Source: Bacteroidota bacterium
Lineage (GTDB): Bacteria > Bacteroidota > Bacteroidia > Bacteroidales > VadinHA17
Direction of reading: 5' to 3'
Assembly (NCBI GenBank): GCA_022561875.1
Contig: JADFQJ010000003.1
Coordinates: 56,397 to 120,396 of the forward strand
Length of the DNA: 64,000 nt
Part shown: positions 1-8,111 of the stretch, in pieces
How positions within the stretch are numbered: position 1 is the first letter of the stretch
Layout: every line of letters begins with the position of its first letter
Notes under the pieces: model-generated
What the model saw: only the letters and a program-made list of their open reading frames with translations
The model's database searches: none
Told to the model about the DNA's origin: nothing
Program-made: the position numbers and the translations under genes

Positions 1-207
1 TTCCAAAAGAAATCCGAAATCGCTTTCTGTAATATCAAGGTCAATAAGTTGTCTGGTTGCTTTCGCCCACAACTCAACTTTATTCTTTTCTTCCTGTTTA
101 AGTTGATTAACAAGTTTATGTGTATAATACAATGATCCCAAAGCAATCAAAACAGCTGACAGGAAAAGAATGAATTTCCATCTTGTTTTCCGGGTGTAGA
201 TATTCAT
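1..207 (-). CDS. 5' part of a membrane protein gene truncated by the window edge (possibly a sensor histidine kinase N-terminus)
   Basis: Reverse-strand ATG at 205-207, open to position 1 (MNIYTRKTRWKFILFLSAVLIALGSLYYTHKLVNQLKQEEKNKVELWAKA...). Short N-terminus, one hydrophobic helix, then a charged coiled-coil-like stretch. Absent from the ORF track because it is partial. Confidence 0.4.
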   Translation of the reverse strand, partial: MNIYTRKTRWKFILFLSAVLIALGSLYYTHKLVNQLKQEEKNKVELWAKATRQLIDLDITESDFGFLLE

Positions 208-324
208 TTTATTTTATCTCACAGATTAATACGATAATATTAACACTAATAAAGCTATTTTTATGCAATTTCTTTATAATAGAAAAATAGAAAAGTGAAA
301 AAGTCATTAAAATGATATTCCTTG

Positions 325-2958
325 TCACCTAATTTCAGAAGTATCGTTTTCTTCCCACAGAATCCTGAAAGTAGATTTACGTGGGGTATCAATCCTTGAA
401 AAATTCTTTTTATTTTCATCCCATAGTATTTTAAATTTGTTTTTGTTATAAACATTATCTGAAGGATACCTCGAGGTATCTTTACTAAACATTCCTAATT
501 CTTCGTGTAGTATTTTTTTTAGTTCATACTTCTCTTTTTGTAAATTCTTTTTTATTTCCAGCACTGCAGCTTTTTTATCATATGACACATGATAATCATC
601 AGGGGTTCCTTCAATTGAGAGATAAAGGCTTGTCTTACCAAGCCCGTCATCATCAATTTCCCCAAACTCTTGCAATTCAGTCTTCATTCTTTTTACTTTA
701 CTCGCAAGCATCTTCGATAATAAAACTTTTGTTTTGTACGAAAAACGGTTGTCAAAATGATGAGTTCCGGAAAGAGAAATATTAAAAGCAGAAGACTGTA
801 TTTCGGTTTGCTGGATTGTGATAGTTTCATCACGTATTAATATCCGGTTGTCAAGTTCAGAAAAACGAATATGTTTTAACTCTGAAATGTTTATGTAGCG
901 TGCAAGACCCAACATAGGTTCAAAATCGATCAGTTCTCCGTCAGTAATTTTTACAGAACTTTCAGCAAGAATCTTCTTCTTGATTATTTTTAAATTATTG
1001 GTCCATTGAGATGAAAAACTAATTTCTCCTGTCAGGGTTCCGTTTACATGCTTGTCAGTAATGAATTCCTGGTCAAAATTGTTAAAAGAATAAAACAACT
1101 CTTTAATATTTATGCCTTTTAGTGTGCTTTGGGTTCGGATTAAGAATTGACCATTAATATTTTGAAACACAACTCCGCTTCCGGAAAAATTGCCATTCAT
1201 CGATTTGAAAGTGACCGAATTAAAACTCAGCATTCCGGGTTTATATAGTAAATTACCTTTGAAATTATTTGCTGTGAATCTCTTATAATTTAACTGTCCG
1301 ATTTCCAGATTCAAATCCAGATATAAATTATCCGGAAAAACAGAAGGTTTTGTATTAGTATCTGCATTGTCTTTTTTTCCAGGAAAATCGATAAAAATCA
1401 CGGGGTTAAAATATTCTGCCCGAACAGTAGCTTCCAGCAAAAGCGGAGCCTCTTTTCCGGAAATGTGTGATAATACATTTCCGATTTTCCCATCTATTGT
1501 GATTTTCTCACCTCCGATATTCATTTTCAGACCATCCAGCCATACATTATCCCTGAACGCCATATTTCCATTAATATCTTTAAACACAATGGAATTACCC
1601 CGGATTTTAAAGGCAATATCATAGAATTCCAAACGCCCTCTGGGATCCAGGTTTTCTAAAAAGCCCCATCCTTGCTCAGCCTCATCAGACAATTTGCCGG
1701 AGAGGCTGATATTTGCATGGATTTTACCTGATCCTTTTTCAATTTTTTTCAAATCAAAAAACCTGATCCATTTAGCAAAATCTATTTCTCCGGTTGCCTG
1801 AAAATCTATGTTTGGATGAGGGAAACTGCTAATACTAAATGATCCGTGTATGTCGCTTTCTCCTATATTTACTTCGTAATGCTGAAGATCCAGGAGTGTT
1901 GTTGACCAGCTGTTTTTAGCGCCATTTGTAAAGCGCCCTGTCACCTTCCTGATTTTTAACAAATAGGGTATGTTTTTCTCCTTTAATTCACCATCAACTA
2001 TTGTAAAACTGGTTTCAATATGAGGAGTTTGTCCCCGGCCATAATTCCCGGATATAGTGGAATTTATTTTCAGGAACCCTTTGCCTTCATAATTATCAAT
2101 ATTATCTGATATTTTTTTCGGCAGAATATTAATCAACTTCTGAATATCAAGATTTTCTCCGGTGATACTTAAGTTTACTGTTTTTGACGGCCATGTTAAA
2201 TATTTCCCTGTTATTCTTAAATCAAGACCCGAAACAGTGATTTCCCCCTTTTCTATTTCATAGTTTTTGTCAAATACCTGAAGCTTAAAAGATGTCGATG
2301 CGTTAATGTTTTTCACATAGTTCTTGTCGTTTATCAGAAAATGCCTGATAAACAGATCAGAACTGATTTCCAGTTTACCTGACCCTTTTGACAATTCCCC
2401 CCGCATATTGAACCGGTTGGTGAAGAACCAGAAATCAGAATGATTCATTCTGTTCAGATAGCGGGCTTCCATATTTGTGAATCTGACATCCTTTAATTGA
2501 AGAGTTACTTTTGATGTTGCTTTATCACCTGTTGTTTTCCAGACAATAAAGTTTTTCATACCATTCCCGGATACTTCAACATTTAATTTACCGTTTTTTA
2601 CATGAATGGCCTTTATAATGTAATTCTTTTTAAACAGATCTGTTATACTGAATTGAAGGTATAAATTTTCAGCTGACAAAAGAGTATCGTGATGAAAGCC
2701 GGCATCTTTACTTTTAATAAAATTTGTTGGTGAATAAATAATTACATTTTTAAACTCCAATGCAGCGCCGGGAAATTTTTTTAATAGAGAAAATCTCATT
2801 TCACTAACGTCAATACGAGCTTCCAGATGTTTATTAATTTCTTCAACAAATATCTTTTTAATTTCATCCCCGTACATGATCACAAAGAGAGCTCCTGCGA
2901 CAATTGCCAGAAAAACCGCAAATAATAAAACGCGAAAAATCTTCCAAAATTTGTTCAT
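325..2958 (-). CDS. AsmA-family / TamB-like outer-membrane biogenesis protein
   Basis: 877 aa. N-terminal TM anchor (FRVLLFAVFLAIVAGALFVIMY) followed by a long repetitive beta-rich region typical of AsmA-like proteins. Confidence 0.6.
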   Translation of the reverse strand: MNKFWKIFRVLLFAVFLAIVAGALFVIMYGDEIKKIFVEEINKHLEARIDVSEMRFSLLKKFPGAALEFKNVIIYSPTNFIKSKDAGFHHDTLLSAENLYLQFSITDLFKKNYIIKAIHVKNGKLNVEVSGNGMKNFIVWKTTGDKATSKVTLQLKDVRFTNMEARYLNRMNHSDFWFFTNRFNMRGELSKGSGKLEISSDLFIRHFLINDKNYVKNINASTSFKLQVFDKNYEIEKGEITVSGLDLRITGKYLTWPSKTVNLSITGENLDIQKLINILPKKISDNIDNYEGKGFLKINSTISGNYGRGQTPHIETSFTIVDGELKEKNIPYLLKIRKVTGRFTNGAKNSWSTTLLDLQHYEVNIGESDIHGSFSISSFPHPNIDFQATGEIDFAKWIRFFDLKKIEKGSGKIHANISLSGKLSDEAEQGWGFLENLDPRGRLEFYDIAFKIRGNSIVFKDINGNMAFRDNVWLDGLKMNIGGEKITIDGKIGNVLSHISGKEAPLLLEATVRAEYFNPVIFIDFPGKKDNADTNTKPSVFPDNLYLDLNLEIGQLNYKRFTANNFKGNLLYKPGMLSFNSVTFKSMNGNFSGSGVVFQNINGQFLIRTQSTLKGINIKELFYSFNNFDQEFITDKHVNGTLTGEISFSSQWTNNLKIIKKKILAESSVKITDGELIDFEPMLGLARYINISELKHIRFSELDNRILIRDETITIQQTEIQSSAFNISLSGTHHFDNRFSYKTKVLLSKMLASKVKRMKTELQEFGEIDDDGLGKTSLYLSIEGTPDDYHVSYDKKAAVLEIKKNLQKEKYELKKILHEELGMFSKDTSRYPSDNVYNKNKFKILWDENKKNFSRIDTPRKSTFRILWEENDTSEIR

Positions 2959-2973
2959 ACCACCTTATTATTT

Positions 2974-3681
2974 CTAACAATTAAGAAAAGAAAGATCCTC
3001 TCCCGGGGAAATCTCCCTTGGCTCTTCTCCATTTTTAAAGATCCGGGCTGATCTGGGGCCGATAAGATCAATTTTTCCTTCTTCAATACTAAGCATGGTT
3101 CCTTCCCTTAAACCAACGACAAAAATATCAGGGTTCGCTACGAGGAACTCTTCAATTCTCATTTCCCGGGTTTCTCCGGCATGTCCTTCAGGATTTGCAT
3201 CCAGATAGTGAGGATTGATCTGGAACTTTAACAGGTTAAAAGCATTGAAAGTTTCGGGTTCGACTATTGGCATATCGTTAGTGGTTTTTATGGTTGGACA
3301 GGCAACATTAGAACCGGCACTCCACCCTATGTAAGGAACTCCGCTTTTAACTTTATCTGCAATTGGAAAGATCAATCCTTGTTGCTGCATCATTCTTGTA
3401 AGTTGCCATGTATTTCCACCGCCAACAACAATAGCATGTGCCTCTTTAACGGCTCTGACAGGATCTTCAAAACGGTGAATGGAAACAATATTATGACCAA
3501 CTTCTCTGAATCTTTCAGAAACTTTTTTTTCATAATCAGAAAAAGAGAAAGTAACAGCCGCATAGGGGATGAACAATGCTTTTATACATTTTTTTCCAAG
3601 GAAGTCCCCTATTTGTTGCTTGGGATAGTCAAGATATGCTTCTCCTGCATTTGTTGAATTGCTAATTAGTAAAAGTCTCAT
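2974..3681 (-). CDS. pepE: dipeptidase E (peptidase S51)
   Basis: From internal Met MRLLLISNSTNAGEAYLDY... the protein is collinear with E. coli PepE motifs (IVVGGGNTWQL, YIGWSAGSNVACPTIKTTNDMPIV, INPHY..GHAGETRE). The start was moved from 3780 to the ATG at 3679-3681. Confidence 0.9.
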   Translation of the reverse strand: MRLLLISNSTNAGEAYLDYPKQQIGDFLGKKCIKALFIPYAAVTFSFSDYEKKVSERFREVGHNIVSIHRFEDPVRAVKEAHAIVVGGGNTWQLTRMMQQQGLIFPIADKVKSGVPYIGWSAGSNVACPTIKTTNDMPIVEPETFNAFNLLKFQINPHYLDANPEGHAGETREMRIEEFLVANPDIFVVGLREGTMLSIEEGKIDLIGPRSARIFKNGEEPREISPGEDLSFLNC

Positions 3682-3784
3682 AGTTTGTTTTTTAAATATT
3701 TTAAAGATAAAGAAAATGAAGTACAAATTATTAAAAAAGCCCGCCATAGTTGGAGGGCTTGTCAAAATGGTGAAATACAACAGT

Positions 3785-4888
3785 TTAATTTATCACGGTT
3801 GAATCTGTTGAGAAAGTAATGATCATTTGATTTATTTCAGCCGGGCTCCAGGGGTTAAGCCCTGTCATATCCATAAAGTCCTGTGTAAAACCTTCATCAT
3901 CAGGAATATCACCTGCGTTTGAAACAAATCCCTGTTCGCCTGTAAAATATGCTGGTCCGACAGCCCTGGCTAAAAATATCTTTTTGATATCAGAAAGTGT
4001 TGCCTGGTCGACATTAGCGTAAACAATATCAATCTCTTCGGTCAAAACCTTATCAACACTGAAATCAACCCAGATATTTGACATGTCTGTTTGTAGTATT
4101 GTTGGCAATGCAATTCTTGCAATGGCAATATCATTTGGCACATCGTTCCTTGCCCGGAAACAGAAACACCTTCCGCTATTGTGATTATCATTAAGAAGCG
4201 TCATGTACGGATGGGTGGAATTACCATACAAAGAAATAATATCACCATTTTTCCCTGCAAAAAACTTAAGATTACTCATATATTGTCTTGATGTTGAGTC
4301 CATTTTGGTAATGCTTACGATCATAGTTTTGTCATAATCAGGATCGTTTTCACTATACTCAATCTGTATCATTGCATTTGGATTTCTGGTTGTACTGAAA
4401 TCAAATGCCCTGGGCTGAAGTATTGTAATAACTTCCAATGGATTTGTGTTCCAGAACAACTGGAATGCTGTTCCCAATTCTTCATCACTGACAGTAAGAC
4501 AAAAATCCCAGGTTGTATCATTAATACTGATATTTTCTTTAACCACAACATCTTTGTTTTTTCCGTCATAAATACTCTCATACGGAAAGGTTGTTGAATG
4601 GGTAATGTTATGCTTTTTAAGACTTAGCATCATATCCTGAACTAAATCAGCCGACAACTCCCCTAAATATATAAAATTCCTCAAATGCATGTATATATCT
4701 TCACCTGTTAACGCATCAACACCCAAATAAGCACTTTTATTTGTGTTAGGAGCCGGAAAGCTAATTGCATCAGATATCCCAATGGTGATATTATCAGGTA
4801 GAGAATCGCCCGATTCGTTTTTGCCACACCCCGAAAACACTATTGCTGACAGGGTAATGATTACCGTAATAACTTTAATGTTTTTCAT
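3785..4888 (-). CDS. hypothetical lipoprotein
   Basis: 367 aa with a lipoprotein signal peptide and lipobox (LSAIVFSGC-GKNE). I recognise no family. Confidence 0.6.
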   Translation of the reverse strand: MKNIKVITVIITLSAIVFSGCGKNESGDSLPDNITIGISDAISFPAPNTNKSAYLGVDALTGEDIYMHLRNFIYLGELSADLVQDMMLSLKKHNITHSTTFPYESIYDGKNKDVVVKENISINDTTWDFCLTVSDEELGTAFQLFWNTNPLEVITILQPRAFDFSTTRNPNAMIQIEYSENDPDYDKTMIVSITKMDSTSRQYMSNLKFFAGKNGDIISLYGNSTHPYMTLLNDNHNSGRCFCFRARNDVPNDIAIARIALPTILQTDMSNIWVDFSVDKVLTEEIDIVYANVDQATLSDIKKIFLARAVGPAYFTGEQGFVSNAGDIPDDEGFTQDFMDMTGLNPWSPAEINQMIITFSTDSTVIN

Positions 4889-5001
4889 CTCTTTGCTTTT
4901 TTCGTTCAGAAAACAAATTACAAAGTTATTACATAAGTTTCAAATAGATGTTTATTTATATGAATAAAATTGTTTTTGTAATTACAAATATAGTAATAAA
5001 T

Positions 5002-5057
5002 CAGTTGGCAATAGGCAATAGGCAGTTGGCAACAAAGAGCAAAGAGCGTAGAGTACA
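5002..5057. repeat. heptad word array (8 x 7 nt)
   Basis: CAGTTGG CAATAGG CAATAGG CAGTTGG CAACAAA GAGCAAA GAGCGTA GAGTACA. An 8-nt array ACTAATCA x2 follows at about 5100-5126. Confidence 0.85.
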
Positions 5058-5286
5058 GGGCTATGGGTTCCATTATGGCATAGCTTACCTGTAACATAAA
5101 ACTAATCAACTAATCAACCAATTAACGATGAAGAAGTTGGTACTCAGCAGTCTTCAGTCTGTAAAAAACAGAGATCATTGATCTAAGAAAAATCCTATGA
5201 TAAAGTCGGACTCCGACTGTGATTTAGCAAGTGGGTAGCAGTTCGGATTCCGGCTTAGTGGTTTAATACCCTGGTGAAGGTTTTAG

Positions 5287-5770
5287 CTAAAAATCAGCAA
5301 GTATCAATCCTATAGAAACAGGATATAACTCAGGACCTTGACCGGTTTCAAACATTTGTGTTAAATTGTAGGTTGCAAATATTTTTAATGCCCTGTATCC
5401 AATTCTTGCAGTTACACCATACCTGAGAGGAGAAAGATTAAAATCATCATTGATTTTATCTTTTTGTTTGCTCCCATCTTCTTTGTAGACAACCTTGGTG
5501 TGAGAACCTATTTTCAAACCACCAATAACTCCGCCACTTATATGGATTCTTTTATGTCCTGATACAGGTATCTGGAACTCAAGCAATAAAGGCACAGTTA
5601 AATAGGTGGTTGCAAGCTTTGTTTTTTCGATGTATGTGCCGGCATCATATTCCAGTGACACAATTTCCCTTGTAACAGGATCCTTAATAATACTGTTATC
5701 CCCGTCAAACCTATAATTATTGAATTCCAATCCCATACCGGTTACCAGACCAACTTTGTCGGTTCCAATA
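5287..5770 (-). pseudogene. C-terminal part of an outer-membrane beta-barrel (porin-family) protein lacking its own N-terminus and signal peptide
   Basis: Alternating beta-strand pattern (LTVPLLLEFQIP, ISGGVIGGLKIGS, LRYGVTARIGYRALKIFATYNLTQMF). The ORF (5287-5823) has no signal peptide, and its first ~18 codons overlap the sigma-factor frame. Confidence 0.55.
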
Positions 5771-6151
5771 TGAATATCCTTCATAATCCCGTAACATAAT
5801 AACTGAGCGCTGATCTGCCCCAAGTTGATTCAAAGCGTGATGTAATATTTCATTCAGCCCGTCGTAATGTTCTGAATTTGAATATTCTTCATGAATGATC
5901 TCGTCAAAATTAGTCTGCCGCTTGTCTTTTCTGATCATATCGATCATTGTATGATAAGCTGCCGAAAACAGGTAAGATTTGGCTTTGCTGTACGAAATAT
6001 CCGCTGCTTTCACCCACATTTTCTCAAAAGTTTCCTGCACAACATCTTTTGCCTTGTCCACATCCCTGAGGTTTTTTAAGATGAAACGATATACACCGTC
6101 AGAGAAATCCTCAACACATCTGTTATACTCTTCCGTGGTCATTGATATCAA
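5717..6151 (-). pseudogene. ECF-type RNA polymerase sigma-70 factor, truncated inside region 4
   Basis: Region 2 (DVVQETFEKMWVKA...AAYHTMIDMIRKDKR) and region 4.1 (QRSVIMLRDYEGYSY) are present. The 4.2 recognition helix is missing; the frame then reads WNRQSWSGNRYGIGIQ-stop across beta-barrel coding sequence. Confidence 0.6.
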
Positions 6152-6253
6152 AATTCAGTTTTAGGACGATATTAAGTAGTAAAAAGTTACAGACAAACTA
6201 TTAATGTTTTTTACATTTACCTTTCAATGTAACTATTCAGTGCCAAATGAAAG

Positions 6254-6416
6254 AAATGAGTAAATGAGTAAATGATAAAATGTTTAAAGTGACTAAAATT
6301 GAAGAATCGTGAGTCGTGAATCGTGAAGAGAAAAGAATTCAAGATCCAATGTTAAGTTTTTCTTAACTTCTTCTTTCTTCCCAACTTTAGGCACTCATAA
6401 CTTTAGGCACTTTAAG
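6254..6416. repeat. mosaic repeat patch: AAATGAGT octads, ATCGTGA heptads, AACTTTAGGCAC 16-mers
   Basis: Octads at 6254-6282, heptads ATCGTGA GTCGTGA ATCGTGA at 6306-6326, and AACTTTAGGCACTCAT AACTTTAGGCACTTTA at 6384-6415. The 25-mer at 6294-6318 recurs inverted at 21236-21260. Confidence 0.85.
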
Positions 6417-6491
6417 TACTGTATATGAAGCTTTTATAAGGAAAAGATAAAAATAATTATAAAAATACTTGCAATCGTGTACTAAATAACT

Positions 6492-6516
6492 TATCTTTGA
6501 CTTACCGGTCAGTCAA
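6492..6516 (+). promoter_or_regulatory. candidate -7 promoter box (TATCTTTG) overlapping a 20-bp palindromic operator upstream of the TetR gene
   Basis: TAtcTTTG at 6492-6499 fits the Bacteroidota TAnnTTTG box. TTGACTTACCGGTCAGTCAA at 6497-6516 is a near-perfect palindrome (one asymmetric pair) about 65 nt upstream of the TetR ATG. Confidence 0.45.
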
Positions 6517-6581
6517 AAATATAAAAATACAACCGGCCGGCATTTTATCACAGCAAAGATCGGAAAAAAAACCAAATATGT

Positions 6582-7157
6582 ATGTCACCAAGAACATCAA
6601 AGCAGTTTGAGGAAATGCGGGAATCAAAACGTAAACTGATCACGGAATCAGCCTTAAAGCTTTTTGCAAGACATGGGTTTTTCGACACCTCTATAAATAT
6701 GATATCTGTAGAAGCTGGGATTTCAAAGGGATTGATGTATAATTATTTCAACAGCAAAGAAGATCTGTTACGTTCAGTGGTGTTTCAGGGGATCAATAAA
6801 TTCCTTGTATTGTTTGATCCTGACCATGATGGTGTTCTTACAAAAGATGAATTGAAATTTTTTATTGAGGAAACTTTCCGAACAATAGAAACAGATATTT
6901 CCTTTTGGAAAATATACTTTTCAGTACTATCCCAACCACAGGTCTTAAGAATAGTCGGGAAAAAATTTTGGGAGATAATTAATCCTGTTTTCAAAATACT
7001 CGAGAATTATTTTGAAAGAAATAATTTTAAAAATCCCGAAATCGAAACACGATTTTTCGGAGCCTTAATGGACGGTATCTGTATAAATTATGTTGTTGAT
7101 CCTGACAATTTTCCTCTTGAGAAAATAAAACAGAAAGTAATTGAATTATATACATAA
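6582..7157 (+). CDS. TetR/AcrR family transcriptional regulator
   Basis: N-terminal HTH (ESALKLFARHGFFDTSINMISVEAGISKGLMYNYFNSKEDLL) and ~190 aa length. Confidence 0.85.
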   Translation: MSPRTSKQFEEMRESKRKLITESALKLFARHGFFDTSINMISVEAGISKGLMYNYFNSKEDLLRSVVFQGINKFLVLFDPDHDGVLTKDELKFFIEETFRTIETDISFWKIYFSVLSQPQVLRIVGKKFWEIINPVFKILENYFERNNFKNPEIETRFFGALMDGICINYVVDPDNFPLEKIKQKVIELYT

Positions 7158-7175
7158 CTAGAAAATCAATAAAAC

Positions 7176-7937
7176 ATGAAAACAATCTTAAAATCATTTT
7201 TAATCGGGTTGTTTATCCTGCTTTCAACGAACTCAAATGCACAGGAAACCCTTAATGCCCGTGAAATTATTGATAAAGCTAACCAACTTATGCGCGGTAA
7301 TTCGAGTTATATGGAAGCTACTATGATGGTAATAAGACCAAACTGGGACCGGACCATTTCATTTAAAGCATGGGCAAAAGGAACAGATTATTCATTGATA
7401 TATGTCACTGCACCTGCAAAGGAGGAGGGTCAGGTTTTTCTTAAAAGGGGAAAAGAGATGTGGAACTGGGTTCCCTCAATAGAAAGAATGATAAAAATCC
7501 CTCCGTCAATGATGATGCAATCGTGGATGGGCTCGGATATGACAAATGACGATCTGGTGAAAGAATCTTCTGTTGTTGAAGATTATCATCATAAGGTTCT
7601 TGGCGAAGAAACAATTGAAGGATATGTTTGTTACAAACTGGAACTTGTCCCTAAAGAAGATGCGGCTGTTGTTTGGGGTAAAATTATCAGCTGGATTTCG
7701 AAAAAAGAGTTTTTTACTCTAAAAAATGAATATTATGATGAATTCGGGGATCTCATTAACAAGGAGGTTCTTTCAAAAATCAAAGATGTGGGCAACCGGA
7801 CAATACCAACTTATTTTGAAATGATCCCACTGGATAAAGAAGGTAATAAAACTACAATGCAATTTGAAATGATGAAATTTAACATACCGTTGAAAGATGA
7901 CTTTTTTTCAATTCAGAATATGAAAAGAATACGGTAA
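7176..7937 (+). CDS. LolA-like outer membrane lipoprotein-sorting family protein (secreted)
   Basis: Signal peptide (LLSTNSNAQE). ~250 aa with the pattern seen in LolA-like proteins that accompany FtsX-type ABC permeases. Confidence 0.6.
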   Translation: MKTILKSFLIGLFILLSTNSNAQETLNAREIIDKANQLMRGNSSYMEATMMVIRPNWDRTISFKAWAKGTDYSLIYVTAPAKEEGQVFLKRGKEMWNWVPSIERMIKIPPSMMMQSWMGSDMTNDDLVKESSVVEDYHHKVLGEETIEGYVCYKLELVPKEDAAVVWGKIISWISKKEFFTLKNEYYDEFGDLINKEVLSKIKDVGNRTIPTYFEMIPLDKEGNKTTMQFEMMKFNIPLKDDFFSIQNMKRIR

Positions 7938-8111
7938 TGGAAGAATGGAATGATGGAAGTTAATAAAATCAGGGATTTAACATTGAATGTAAATAAATGA
8001 CGTGAAGGCAAAGCCCGAATATATAACACGAGTGAAACGAGAATAACGATCACAAAGTGTTCAAATGAAGCAGGCACAGCCTGCAAATAACACGGACGAA
8101 GTGAACAGATT

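Noticed and set aside
1367-1624. Numerous 60-120 aa ORFs antisense to or nested in long genes (for example 582-785, 1367-1624, 8816-9148, 12356-12685, 19168-19533, 32664-33035, 45973-46383).
   Set aside because: Each lies wholly inside a longer ORF with clear family signatures on the other strand or frame. They have low-complexity or atypical composition.
5717-5823. Programmed frameshift or simple sequencing frameshift joining the sigma and beta-barrel ORFs.
   Set aside because: The downstream frame encodes beta-barrel strands, not sigma region 4.2, so shifting frame cannot restore a sigma factor. A deletion fusing two different genes explains it better.
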